A DNA stretch of 64,000 nt, from NCBI GenBank assembly GCA_012521335.1, contig JAAYMM010000002.1, positions 53,030 through 117,029 on the forward strand. The letters run 5' to 3'. Within the stretch, counting starts at the first letter, position 1; each line of letters opens with the position of its first letter. The notes under the pieces were generated by a model, which saw only the letters and a program-made list of their open reading frames with translations, was not told where the DNA came from and searched no databases. The DNA is from Bacillota bacterium (GTDB lineage: Bacteria > Bacillota > Limnochordia > Darwinibacteriales > Darwinibacteriaceae). The position numbers and the translations under genes are program-made. Of this stretch, positions 19,592 through 28,947 are shown in pieces.

Positions 19592-20143
19592 TTGGGCAGA
19601 TGGGTTTTGGCCATAACGTTTCTTCTAATTTCGCTCATTGTAGCATTCGGCATACTAGTCGCGACAGGCGTTATTGACGGACCTGCCCTTTTTTGGCGCT
19701 GGGGGATGCGCATCGGTTGGCTCCAGCCGCACCTGGAAACCTATGCCCACGGTAGGGATGCCGAAGGGTGGATTGCACAGCAGGAAACGGAACTGCGCGC
19801 CAAGCTCACTGAAGTGGAGCGCAGAGAGGCAGATCTCCAGGCGGAACTGGGCAAGCTGGAACAGCGGGCCCAGCAGCTAGATAAACGCGAGAGCGAGCTC
19901 GCCGCCTGGGAAGCCCGGCTCCAGCAGGAGCAGGAGCAAAGGCGTAATGTGCAGAGCCTCGCCCAAATCTACAGCGGAATGGATGCCGCCGACGCGGCTC
20001 GGATTCTCCAGGCTTTGGACCAAGATCTGCTTTTGGAGGTCCTTTTGGAGTTAGATACCTTCCAGGCCGCAGAGATCATGGCGCTTTTGCCAACTAACCT
20101 GGCTGCAGCCCTGAGCAAACAGATGGGCCAAGCCAGTGATTAG
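19592..20143 (+). CDS. Flagellar operon protein with N-terminal TM, coiled coil and MgtE_N-like C-terminus (YlxF/FlbB/MotE-like)
   Basis: TTG start after GGGAGG; membrane anchor, long coiled coil, C-terminal 'AARILQALDQDLLLEVLLELD...AEIMALLP' MgtE-N-like helices; position between fliJ and fliK as ylxF in Bacillus. Confidence 0.6.
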   Translation: MGRWVLAITFLLISLIVAFGILVATGVIDGPALFWRWGMRIGWLQPHLETYAHGRDAEGWIAQQETELRAKLTEVERREADLQAELGKLEQRAQQLDKRESELAAWEARLQQEQEQRRNVQSLAQIYSGMDAADAARILQALDQDLLLEVLLELDTFQAAEIMALLPTNLAAALSKQMGQASD

Positions 20144-20199
20144 CTTGGAGTCTTGTTTGGAAAGGAGGTGAGAATATCGATTTCATAGCGATTCTCAAT

Positions 20200-22212
20200 A
20201 TGCCGCTCCAGGGTTCGGAGCCCAGCGGCGATCTGCCCGTTCGCCACGGGCCCAAACGGGAGGGAAGATTCGAGGAAGTGCTGGAAACGGTGCTCGACTC
20301 AGAGCAACTGGCACAGCACCACCAAGAAGATGCCCCCAGGGCCAAAAAGCGGGAACGTGAGCAGACCCATGCGAACCTACCCTGGAACGGAGCGCTGCCG
20401 CTTCACCCAACGAATCTCGGCCTGTCCAGGAGTGAACCCGGTACGGACCCAGCACTTGTGACAGAGACGGCTGGCAGCCCCGCCCCGGCAGCCATGGCGT
20501 TGGAGACAGCGCTGGAGGTGCTTGGGGAAGAGGCAACGATGGTCCTGGAGGCAGAGTTCGTACCTCTGGACATGGAGAGTGCCCTCGAGGGGGAAGGCCC
20601 AGAAGGCGCGCTGCCTAGTGAGAAGCTGCTCACCCCAGACCCAAGTGTTGACACTACCCATCCCTACACAGGCCAGCGCAGTGCAGATGCGGCCCAGGAT
20701 GGGAAGCATGTGAACGCTGCTGAGTTACCGGAGTCTGTAAGGCACACTATGGCGCAGGTAAGGTCAGGTGGACAGCCTCAAGAGGCGCCTGCAGTGCCTA
20801 ACCTGGAACACCCTGCTGAAACTGCTCCCGCTGGGCACACAGAACCTGTGGCTGCTAAGGGCTTGGGGTCGTCAGGACAGGATATGCCCGCGGCCAACGA
20901 AGCAGGTTCGGCCCGAAAGGAAGCAAACTACGCACCTACGGTCCCACAGCCAGTTCCGGAAGGGCAAACTATGGCGGAACATCAAGCAGCGGAATGGGAA
21001 GTTGATCCTGAACTAGGCGTCGGAGGAAGGGCCACCACTGCCCAACGCCCAGGCATGAGACCAGCAGACCAAGGGCAAACGCACTGGGAAGTGGAGTATA
21101 GTCCTGAACCGGCAGTTGGGGAAGCCGGCATACCAGTCCAGCCAGAGGCTGCAGTAGGAGAACCGGTTAAGAGTGGAGGGGAGTTCCCACACCATGCCGA
21201 AGTTCCCGCCGCTGGCTTTGCAGAAGAAGGCCGTGAAGTCTTCCGTCGGGCCGCGGAAGCTCAGCCAGCCGAGGAGCAGGTAGCTGAGCAAGTTCACTCC
21301 GAGCCCGCAGCGGAGCAGGGACCTGCACGAGCTGAAGTGCCAGGGGAGAACGGCTCAGCAGTCAAGTGGCCGGATCCGGTGCAGCACCGAGTTCCAACCG
21401 GCGAGAGCATCGAACCAGCTGGATATGGGAAGGCAGCCAAGCAGGAAGGAACAGCCCCGACTCAATCCTTAGGGATGGATCCCGTTGTTCCCGAAAAATC
21501 TGGGATTCGGCCTGAGCCCTTGTTGGTAGGCCGCGACACAGCAACAGAAGACAGCCAGGCGGCGCAAGACGAGGAATCCAGCGAAGCAAAGGACACTGTG
21601 CCGACCACGCAGCCTTCCGAGGCGAAGGAAGTGCACAAAACCGAGGCGAAGCCGCAGCGGCATGCAGAACAGAAGCCCAAGACGGCTGCCCGCCAAGCTG
21701 AAGCCATTGGGCAGGCCCAGGAGCCGCCGTTAACGCTGGAGCACTCGCCTGAAACAGTCGAGACACCAGTCCCGCAGCGTCAGGTGCTGGATCTCAGGCA
21801 GCCTGAGCACGCGTTCGCCAAGCTTGTGCGCACCATGGAGTCCCTCGTTACCGAAGAGCGCACTGAAGTGCGCATAGAGCTGAAACCAGAGCATCTGGGT
21901 GAGATGCGCATCAAGCTGTCCATGGAACGGGGCATTATGGTAGCCGAGTTCCTGGTGCAGGATCGCAGGGTTCAGGAGCTGATCTCGGCCCAGCTTCCCC
22001 AGCTCTATGCAGCTCTACAGGAGCAGGGAACCGTGATGGGCGATGTATCAATTAACGTCGGACTTGGACAGGACAAGCAGGCGCAGCAGGAACAGCCCCA
22101 TGCCCGGACGGTAGGGCGAGGCGGACAGGGCAAGACTGACACGAGGGAAGTAAAGACCGCGGCCCGCTATACTAGTCGCAGTGTGTGGTACCAGGTAGAT
22201 GTGCGTGTGTAA
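20200..22212 (+). CDS. fliK: Flagellar hook-length control protein FliK (large, Pro/Glu/Ala-rich)
   Basis: 670 aa low-complexity central region; C-terminal Flg_hook domain 'EVRIELKPEHLGEMRIKLSMERGIMVAEFLVQDRRVQELISAQLPQL'; start uncertain (first ATG is 31 nt from the nearest RBS). Confidence 0.75.
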   Translation: MPLQGSEPSGDLPVRHGPKREGRFEEVLETVLDSEQLAQHHQEDAPRAKKREREQTHANLPWNGALPLHPTNLGLSRSEPGTDPALVTETAGSPAPAAMALETALEVLGEEATMVLEAEFVPLDMESALEGEGPEGALPSEKLLTPDPSVDTTHPYTGQRSADAAQDGKHVNAAELPESVRHTMAQVRSGGQPQEAPAVPNLEHPAETAPAGHTEPVAAKGLGSSGQDMPAANEAGSARKEANYAPTVPQPVPEGQTMAEHQAAEWEVDPELGVGGRATTAQRPGMRPADQGQTHWEVEYSPEPAVGEAGIPVQPEAAVGEPVKSGGEFPHHAEVPAAGFAEEGREVFRRAAEAQPAEEQVAEQVHSEPAAEQGPARAEVPGENGSAVKWPDPVQHRVPTGESIEPAGYGKAAKQEGTAPTQSLGMDPVVPEKSGIRPEPLLVGRDTATEDSQAAQDEESSEAKDTVPTTQPSEAKEVHKTEAKPQRHAEQKPKTAARQAEAIGQAQEPPLTLEHSPETVETPVPQRQVLDLRQPEHAFAKLVRTMESLVTEERTEVRIELKPEHLGEMRIKLSMERGIMVAEFLVQDRRVQELISAQLPQLYAALQEQGTVMGDVSINVGLGQDKQAQQEQPHARTVGRGGQGKTDTREVKTAARYTSRSVWYQVDVRV

Positions 22213-22225
22213 GGAGGTGAAGCGC

Positions 22226-22672
22226 TTGTATGTGAACAACGTTGGCAGCATTGATGAGCTGATGCGGGAGCGCACGGGGCAGACCAAACAGCCGGGTGCA
22301 CTGGGTAAGGATGACTTTCTCAAGCTTCTGATCACCCAGCTCAAGCACCAGGACCCAGTCAACCCCGTGGACGACAAAGAGTTCATCGCTCAGCTGGCGC
22401 AGTTCAGCAGTTTGGAACAGATGCAGAATCTGAACACGAATCTTACTGACATGATGCTGGCCCAGCAGAAACTCAGCGCTTTAGGACAAGCCATGCAGAT
22501 GATTGGCAGAGAAGTGGAGCTGTTCACCAAGGATGGTGAGAACCTCTTTGGCAAAGTCACAGGAGTGCAGTTCCGCAATGGCTGGCCGGAGATCATCGTC
22601 AACGGTAAGCTCTATGATTTCACTGAAGTAGTGGCCATCAGGGAGGGAGTGAAGGATGACTCAGCAGTTTAA
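22226..22672 (+). CDS. flgD: Flagellar hook capping/assembly protein FlgD
   Basis: 'KDDFLKLLITQLKHQDPVNPVDDKEFIAQLAQFSSLEQMQNLN' FlgD signature; TTG 22226 8 nt after AAGGAGGTG. Confidence 0.85.
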   Translation: MYVNNVGSIDELMRERTGQTKQPGALGKDDFLKLLITQLKHQDPVNPVDDKEFIAQLAQFSSLEQMQNLNTNLTDMMLAQQKLSALGQAMQMIGREVELFTKDGENLFGKVTGVQFRNGWPEIIVNGKLYDFTEVVAIREGVKDDSAV

Positions 22673-23039
22673 GATTCCGCGGAGTCTACCCATCCAGCCG
22701 GCGCAGCGGAACATACCTCGTGGCAGACCGGCGGGCAAGCCTGCAGAGTCTTTTGCTCAAGTTTTAGAGAGCAAACTGCAGCAGCCTGCGCTGAAGTTTT
22801 CTGCTCACGCAGCCAAGAGGCTGGAATCCCGGGGCATTCGCTTCACTGATGAGCAGCTGCAGACGCTGGAGCAAGCCGTGGAAAAGGCCAAGAAGAAAGG
22901 CGGTAGAGAGACTCTCATCCTCATGGGCGATGTGGCCCTGGTGGTGAGCGTAGTGAACCGCACTGTGATTACCGCCATCGATGGGGACAGCTTGAAAGAA
23001 AACGTGTTTACCCAAATCGACAGCGCGGTGATTACGTAA
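22656..23039 (+). CDS. Conserved flagellar operon protein (TIGR02530 'flg_new'-like), function unknown
   Basis: 127 aa protein between flgD and flgE, a position characteristic of this family in Firmicutes; family call from memory. Confidence 0.55.
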   Translation: MTQQFKIPRSLPIQPAQRNIPRGRPAGKPAESFAQVLESKLQQPALKFSAHAAKRLESRGIRFTDEQLQTLEQAVEKAKKKGGRETLILMGDVALVVSVVNRTVITAIDGDSLKENVFTQIDSAVIT

Positions 23040-23131
23040 GAACAGAAGCAAACAGGGCTGGACCCTGCACAAGGGGAGCCCTCCTCCCACTGAACGAGTG
23101 ATGTGGGATATGAAAGGAGGACAAATGTACT

Positions 23132-24664
23132 ATGATGCGTTCCATGTTTGCCGGCGTGTCTGGCTTAAAGGTGCACCAGACGCGTATGGACGTAATCGGC
23201 AACAACATTGCTAATGTAAACACCGTAGGTTACAAAGCCTCACGGGCGACTTTTCAGGAAATGCTCAGCCAAACACTGCAGGCGGCCACCATTGATCCTT
23301 CCGGCGCTCGCGGCGGAACAAACCCCATGCAGGTGGGGCGCGGTGTGCGGCTTGGTTCCATTGATGTCCGCCACACACAAGGCAACACCCAGAGCACGGG
23401 CTATGTGACTGATCTGGCCATCGACGGTGACGGGTTCTTTGTCCTGGGATCCGGTGAAAGCCGCATGTATACCCGGGCTGGTATCTTCGGCCTAGATGGC
23501 GAAGGCAACCTGATTTCACTGGTGAATGGTCTGAAAGTCTACGGCTACATGCCCAATGCTCAAGGTGAGATCGATACCAGCGCGACAATGCAGCCCATTC
23601 GCATCGCCTCTTCGGCTACCATTGACGCCAAGGCGACCAATCAGGTTGTCTTCGGCGGGAATCTCGATGCCAGATATGAGTATGGTGCCCAAGAAGTGCG
23701 AATCTTCCAAGTCTACGACTCCCAGGGGCAGCAGCATACGGTACGGCTGACTCTCGAGCGGTTGAACACACCCGCGCCTTCCAATGAGTGGGGATGGTCC
23801 GCTGAATGGTTGATTGAGGGCAGCCGCGTGCGTTCCGATTTAGTCAAGCACAGTGGCAGTCAGATAACCCATAATGTGACCTATAGTGTGCTCTCGGATG
23901 AAGATGAATCCAAACTGAAGTTGGTCGTTTCCGGTACTACGGATCCTGTAGCGACCAGCACCGATGGAGTGGTGTGGGAAACCGAGACCGACTCTTCGTT
24001 GCAGTTTCAGTTTGCAGGTGCTTTAGCCCCTGGCGATAAAGTCAACGTCACTTTGGAGCAGGGGCAACTGGTGTTCACTGCTACTAGAGACTTGTCGTCA
24101 GCAGGAGGGTCAGCAGGAGGGTCAGCAGAATGGATGGGTAACATCGAGTTCAGCGAAGATGGCAGCTATAGAGGCGTGTCACATAATGTGATCAAGTTCC
24201 GGCCAGCAAACGCCAATGAGTTGAAGATCGAGCTCGATTTCAGCCAGTTCACTCAGTATGCCGACACGTTCTCGGGTAAGGTGTTGAGCCAGAATGGTTA
24301 TACCAGCGGCTCGCTTGACAGCTTCCTCATTGACCAGAACGGGACCATTATCGGCAGCTTCTCCAACGGCCTGACCAAGGAACTGGGACGGCTGGCGCTG
24401 GCAACCTTCCGCAATCCGGCGGGTCTGCTGCGCACAGGCTCAACCATGTTTGTGCCGACGGCCAACTCTGGCGAGGCCAACCCTGGGGCCGCAGGCGAGC
24501 CTGGCTTCGGGCAGATTGCTCCCAGCTCTTTGGAGATGTCCAATGTGGACCTCGCCGAGGAGTTCACGGAGATGATCATCACGCAGAGGGGCTTCCAGGC
24601 CAACTCGCGGATCATCACCACTTCCGATGAAATGCTGCAGGAGCTGGTAAATCTCAAACGTTAG
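23132..24664 (+). CDS. flgE: Flagellar hook protein FlgE
   Basis: 'MFAGVSGLKVHQTRMDVIGNNIANVNTVGYK' N-terminus; C-terminal 'EMSNVDLAEEFTEMIITQRGFQANSRIITTSDEMLQELVNLKR'. Confidence 0.9.
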   Translation: MMRSMFAGVSGLKVHQTRMDVIGNNIANVNTVGYKASRATFQEMLSQTLQAATIDPSGARGGTNPMQVGRGVRLGSIDVRHTQGNTQSTGYVTDLAIDGDGFFVLGSGESRMYTRAGIFGLDGEGNLISLVNGLKVYGYMPNAQGEIDTSATMQPIRIASSATIDAKATNQVVFGGNLDARYEYGAQEVRIFQVYDSQGQQHTVRLTLERLNTPAPSNEWGWSAEWLIEGSRVRSDLVKHSGSQITHNVTYSVLSDEDESKLKLVVSGTTDPVATSTDGVVWETETDSSLQFQFAGALAPGDKVNVTLEQGQLVFTATRDLSSAGGSAGGSAEWMGNIEFSEDGSYRGVSHNVIKFRPANANELKIELDFSQFTQYADTFSGKVLSQNGYTSGSLDSFLIDQNGTIIGSFSNGLTKELGRLALATFRNPAGLLRTGSTMFVPTANSGEANPGAAGEPGFGQIAPSSLEMSNVDLAEEFTEMIITQRGFQANSRIITTSDEMLQELVNLKR

Positions 24665-24681
24665 GGTGGGTTTGCATAGTC

Positions 24682-24701
24682 GGGGCTGCGCATGCAGCCC
24701 C
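24682..24701 (+). promoter_or_regulatory. Perfect 8-bp GC-rich hairpin (GGGGCTGC-GCAT-GCAGCCCC) without a U-tract, between flgE and motA
   Basis: Palindrome read directly; no T-run follows, so more likely a partial attenuator or processing/stability element than a full terminator. Confidence 0.45.
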
Positions 24702-24731
24702 ACTAACCCATAAGAAATGGAGTGCAGGTAA

Positions 24732-25544
24732 ATGGATCTAGCAACCATAATGGGTATTATCATCGGCCTAGGTCTGATGGTTTTCTCCATCCTCATGGAA
24801 GGCGACATCGGGCTGTTTCTCAGCCTGCCCAGCCTCATGATCGTCTTCGGCGGAACTTTTGCTTCCATCATGGTCACTTTTTCCATGAAAGAGGTTCTCA
24901 GTGTCATCCCCCTGCTCAGGGTAGCCTTTTCCAGGCAGACGAACGACAGCGCCGCAGTCATAGACACCCTGGTGGAGTTTGCTGAGGTTTCCCGCCGGGA
25001 GGGCCTGCTGGCACTGGAAGAAAGGGCGCAGGCCACGAACGAACCATTCCTCCAGAAAGGCATCCAGCTCATCGTGGACGGCACCGATGCCGAACTGGTG
25101 CGCAGCATCCTGGAAATCGAGCTGTATTTTTTGGAGGAACGTCACCGCATCGGCCAGCGCATCTTTGAACAGATGGGGGCTCTATCGCCCGCTTACGGTA
25201 TGATCGGTACTCTGATCGGACTTATCGCCATGCTGGGCGCCTTGGATAAACCAGACCAGGTTGGTATGGGTATGGCCGTAGCGCTGATCACCACTCTGTA
25301 CGGCGCCATTGCCTCCAACCTCCTGTTCCTGCCCATCGCCGGGAAACTCAAACTGAAAAGTGACGAAGAGGTTTTGATGAAGCAGGTCATGATCGAGGGA
25401 ATTTTATCCATCCAAGCAGGGGAGAATCCCAGGATTGTAGAAGAAAAACTGAAGTCGTTCCTCTCGCCGGTGGAAAGGGAAGCTGCAGGTCGGGAGGGGG
25501 CCAGGGCACGGGCCGCTCAAGAGGGAGTGACCGCGAATGCGTAG
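24732..25544 (+). CDS. motA: Flagellar motor stator protein MotA
   Basis: 270 aa, four TM segments, conserved 'GTLIGLIAMLG' and 'ALITTLYGAIASNLLFLPIAGKL' regions. Confidence 0.9.
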   Translation: MDLATIMGIIIGLGLMVFSILMEGDIGLFLSLPSLMIVFGGTFASIMVTFSMKEVLSVIPLLRVAFSRQTNDSAAVIDTLVEFAEVSRREGLLALEERAQATNEPFLQKGIQLIVDGTDAELVRSILEIELYFLEERHRIGQRIFEQMGALSPAYGMIGTLIGLIAMLGALDKPDQVGMGMAVALITTLYGAIASNLLFLPIAGKLKLKSDEEVLMKQVMIEGILSIQAGENPRIVEEKLKSFLSPVEREAAGREGARARAAQEGVTANA

Positions 25545-26250
25545 CCGCAGGCGGAAGGATGATTCTGCTGTTACCGGTTCTTGGTTAACGACCTATTCGG
25601 ACATGATGTCGCTCCTGTTGGCCTTTTTCGTGCTCCTGTTTTCCTTTTCCGTGATCGACGAGCACAAGTTCGCCACCTTCATCACAGCCTTTCAGGAGTA
25701 TATTGGCATCATCGGCGAAGGCCAGGCGGCTTTGGAACAACCGGGACCGCTGCCCATGGATTATTCCGACGTGGGCCAACGCCAGCTATGGGAGCTGTTT
25801 GAGGAGCTGGTCGAACTCATTGAGCAGGAAGGCTTAACGGGTGTCCAATTGGATCTGCAGGAACGGGGACTGGTGGTGCGTTTCGCAGAACAGGTTTTCT
25901 TTGACCTGGGAGAAGCCACCTTAAAACCTGAAGCTAGGGAAACGCTGCGAAAACTTGCTGGTACACTTAGGAGTCTGCCTAATCCTTTGCGTGTAGAAGG
26001 GCACACTGACAACCTCCCGATCAACACTCCGCGCTTTCCCTCCAACTGGGAGTTGAGCGTGCATCGGGCCACCAATGTAGTGCGTTTTCTCATCGAAGAG
26101 GAAGGGTTCGACCCTCAGAAGCTCTCAGCAGCAGGTTATTCGGAGTATCGTCCCTTGAAGCCTAACGACAGCGCCGAAAACCGCGCCATGAACCGCCGAG
26201 TAGATATTGTTATCCTCAATATCGATCTGTGGGACTATGAACCCAATTAA
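25537..26250 (+). CDS. motB: Flagellar motor stator protein MotB (OmpA-like C-terminus)
   Basis: N-terminal TM 'WLTTYSDMMSLLLAFFVLLFSFS' with the conserved Asp region; C-terminal OmpA-like 'GHTDNLPI...SNWELSVHRATNVVRFL'. Confidence 0.9.
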   Translation: MRSRRRKDDSAVTGSWLTTYSDMMSLLLAFFVLLFSFSVIDEHKFATFITAFQEYIGIIGEGQAALEQPGPLPMDYSDVGQRQLWELFEELVELIEQEGLTGVQLDLQERGLVVRFAEQVFFDLGEATLKPEARETLRKLAGTLRSLPNPLRVEGHTDNLPINTPRFPSNWELSVHRATNVVRFLIEEEGFDPQKLSAAGYSEYRPLKPNDSAENRAMNRRVDIVILNIDLWDYEPN

Positions 26251-26258
26251 GAGGAGGC

Positions 26259-26729
26259 TTGGGAATGGCCAGAAAAGTGGAAGTGGACTTGAAACTGCTA
26301 ATCGTCGCTATTGCTTTAGTGATCCTTGCCACGGTAGGTAGTGCCTTCACCACCTATTTGATTTTCCGTGGCGATGCTGGACAGGCTCCTCTAGATAGGG
26401 AAGCAACGGCCGCGCGCAAGGAACTTGGTCCAACCTTTGACTTAGGAGAGTTCACCCTGAACCTCTTGTCATCACCGAGCCAGCGGCGTTACATACGTAC
26501 CGAGATCGTTTTGGAGGGCAGCAATAAAAAGGTTATCGGCGAGCTGGAAAAGAGGGTGCCCCAGATTCGCGATGAAGTCATCACCATCATCAGGTCAAGG
26601 ACCGCTGAGGACCTCAGTTCATTAGCAGGAATGGAATCATTGCGTCTTGATATTCTTAAGGCCATGAATGCACTGGTTTCCAAAGGTGAGGTAACCGATG
26701 TGTTCTTTATCGATCTGATAATCCAGTAG
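26259..26729 (+). CDS. fliL: Flagellar basal body-associated protein FliL
   Basis: 156 aa, single N-terminal TM, FliL family C-terminus 'YIRTEIVLEGSNKKV...DEVITIIRSRTAEDL'. Confidence 0.8.
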   Translation: MGMARKVEVDLKLLIVAIALVILATVGSAFTTYLIFRGDAGQAPLDREATAARKELGPTFDLGEFTLNLLSSPSQRRYIRTEIVLEGSNKKVIGELEKRVPQIRDEVITIIRSRTAEDLSSLAGMESLRLDILKAMNALVSKGEVTDVFFIDLIIQ

Positions 26730-26747
26730 CAGAAGAAGGAGGTCGCC

Positions 26748-27668
26748 ATGACAGGTTCCATCTTATCCCAAGGCGAAATAGACGCTTTGCTGCACGGAAC
26801 CGCGTCCCCGTCGCATGCGGACGCTTTCCTGAGATCACTCAGAGCGGCTTTCTTCAGCGCGCTGGGTTATCTGCAGAGGCCATCAAGTGAAGCCGCAGTG
26901 GACGGCCCCTATGTGGAGCATGTCGAGCATGGCCTGGCCCAGGCTGTAGCGCCTGAGGCCTTTGCTGTCGCTGCTGAGCTCGCGGGACGTGAGCTCTTGG
27001 TGCTCGTCCCGCTGCCAGATGTGGACAAGCTGGCCCAAGAGTTGGGAGTGGATGCCCTGCCCAGAATACAGGCCATGGCTCAGGCGTGGGTCTTCCAGGT
27101 GGCAGCCGCCTTAGGGGTGCCTTACAAGGTGTATCAGGGCCAGAAGACGGACCTCAACCTGCTGCCACTGCCATCTGGCAGCAGATCCCATCTTCTGCGC
27201 TTCCTCCTCCGCTGGGGCCAGGAGCGCATGGAGTTCTGCGCCGTCGTGCAAGACTTCGATGGGCTGGAACGCCTGGCCGCGGGAGCAGAGCTGAACAGGG
27301 GACAGGGTGAGATTCAACCAGCGCTGCCAAAAGGTAAGTTGATGAAAGGCCCTGAGCTTGCAGTGAGTAAAGCCATGTTTACTCCCATTGGCGAACTGAC
27401 CCATGTGGATACTAAGCAGGGCTTGGGCCTCTTGGAAGATATTGACCTGACCATCACGGTTGAGTTAGGGCGAGCAACCTTAACCCTCAACCAGATCCTT
27501 GAACTAAAGCCTCAGTCCCTCATTAAGCTCGATAAGCTGGCTGGGGAGCCGGTGGATGTGTTTGTGAACAACAACCGGGTGGCCCGGGGTGAAGTAGTGG
27601 TCTTGGACGACAATTTTGGGGTGCGGATTTTGGAAATCGTGCCCAAATCTCAGCGGACGCAGGAGTGA
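26748..27668 (+). CDS. fliY: Flagellar motor switch protein FliY/FliN family, with N-terminal CheY-binding peptide
   Basis: N-terminal 'ILSQGEIDALL' motif; C-terminal SpoA/FliN domain 'ITVELGRATLTLNQILELKPQSLIKLDKLAGEPVDVFVNNNRVARGEVVVLDDNFGVRILEIV'; 306 aa. Confidence 0.75.
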   Translation: MTGSILSQGEIDALLHGTASPSHADAFLRSLRAAFFSALGYLQRPSSEAAVDGPYVEHVEHGLAQAVAPEAFAVAAELAGRELLVLVPLPDVDKLAQELGVDALPRIQAMAQAWVFQVAAALGVPYKVYQGQKTDLNLLPLPSGSRSHLLRFLLRWGQERMEFCAVVQDFDGLERLAAGAELNRGQGEIQPALPKGKLMKGPELAVSKAMFTPIGELTHVDTKQGLGLLEDIDLTITVELGRATLTLNQILELKPQSLIKLDKLAGEPVDVFVNNNRVARGEVVVLDDNFGVRILEIVPKSQRTQE

Positions 27669-27952
27669 AACCAGGGATGGATACGCAGCTCCTTTGGGGA
27701 CTCATACGCGTGGGCCTGGCCCTGGTGGTGATCGTCCCCCTTACCATATGGGCTACGCGCTGGTACGGACGCAAGCAGGGAGGAGGACAGGATCTGCGCA
27801 TTAAGGAAGCTCTGTCCTTGGGCACTAACCGTGCCCTTTACGTTGTGATCTGGGAGGACCGACAGCTCCTACTCGGTGTAACCGGCCAAAACATCACAGT
27901 ATTAGGAGAGAGATCTCTCCAGAAGACGGATCAACAGGAGGTGGCAGAGTAG
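27665..27952 (+). CDS. fliO: Flagellar biosynthesis protein FliO/FliZ
   Basis: 95 aa, single TM 'LIRVGLALVVIVPLTIWATRWY'; position before fliP. Confidence 0.7.
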   Translation: MKPGMDTQLLWGLIRVGLALVVIVPLTIWATRWYGRKQGGGQDLRIKEALSLGTNRALYVVIWEDRQLLLGVTGQNITVLGERSLQKTDQQEVAE

Positions 27953-28651
27953 ATGAGCTTTTTGCAAGTGACGATTCCCTTTCCCAGTGTAGATATTGGC
28001 CTCGGCGTCGCCGAAGGTCCAGGGGACGTGGCCATCACTCTGCAGATTCTCCTTTTGCTGACCATCCTCACTTTAGCTCCCGCCATACTGATTTTGCTCA
28101 CATCCTTTACCCGGACGGTGATTGTCCTCTCTTTGATCCGCAATGCGCTGGGAACCAATCAGGTCCCGCCTAACCAGGTTCTGATCGGGCTGGCTCTGTT
28201 CTTAACGGCCTTTATCATGGCCCCAACCTTCAGCGCCGTGTACACAGAGGCGCTTTTGCCATATTTCAACGGCGAGCTTTCTTTAGAAGAAATGTGGACA
28301 GTGGGTATGGAGCCCATTCGTGAGTTCATGCTGCGCAACACGCGGGAGAAAGACCTCGAGATGATGGTGGCCATTCGCGGTCAGGAAAGACCGCAGACGC
28401 CTGCGGATCTAGATACCTTAACGCTTATTCCGGCTTTTGTGATCTCAGAGTTGAAAACTGCCTTTCAACTCGGCTTTGTGATCTTTGTTCCGTTTTTGGT
28501 CATCGATATGGTAGTGGCCTCTACCCTGATGGGGATGGGGATGATGATGCTGCCGCCCATTATGATCTCTCTGCCTTTTAAGCTGCTCCTCTTCGTACTG
28601 GTGGACGGCTGGCATCTGATCGTGCGCTCGCTTTTGGCGAGCTTTTCGTGA
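27953..28651 (+). CDS. fliP: Flagellar export apparatus protein FliP
   Basis: 232 aa; 'LTSFTRTVIVLSLIRNALGT' and 'GFVIFVPFLVIDMVVASTLMGMGMMMLPP' FliP signatures. Confidence 0.9.
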   Translation: MSFLQVTIPFPSVDIGLGVAEGPGDVAITLQILLLLTILTLAPAILILLTSFTRTVIVLSLIRNALGTNQVPPNQVLIGLALFLTAFIMAPTFSAVYTEALLPYFNGELSLEEMWTVGMEPIREFMLRNTREKDLEMMVAIRGQERPQTPADLDTLTLIPAFVISELKTAFQLGFVIFVPFLVIDMVVASTLMGMGMMMLPPIMISLPFKLLLFVLVDGWHLIVRSLLASFS

Positions 28652-28662
28652 GAGGTGGTTAA

Positions 28663-28932
28663 ATGACCGATCAAACAGTGGTGAGCATAGCCAGGGAGGC
28701 CGTCGTAACCATCTTGTTGGTGGCAGGGCCGGCTTTGGGCATTGGTATGCTGGTGGGGCTGCTGATAAGCATCTTCCAAGCCACCACCCAAATCCAGGAG
28801 CAGACGCTGACCTTTATTCCCAAAATCATAGCTGTGTTGGTGTCCTTAGTGATCTTTGGTCCCTGGATGATTAGGCGTTTGGTGGACTTTGCTGAACGTC
28901 TGCTCAGTGAATTACCATCGTTCATCAGGTAG
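28663..28932 (+). CDS. fliQ: Flagellar export apparatus protein FliQ
   Basis: 89 aa two-TM protein, 'IFQATTQIQEQTLTFIPKI'. Confidence 0.85.
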   Translation: MTDQTVVSIAREAVVTILLVAGPALGIGMLVGLLISIFQATTQIQEQTLTFIPKIIAVLVSLVIFGPWMIRRLVDFAERLLSELPSFIR

Positions 28933-28947
28933 GGGGAGGCCGCGAAG

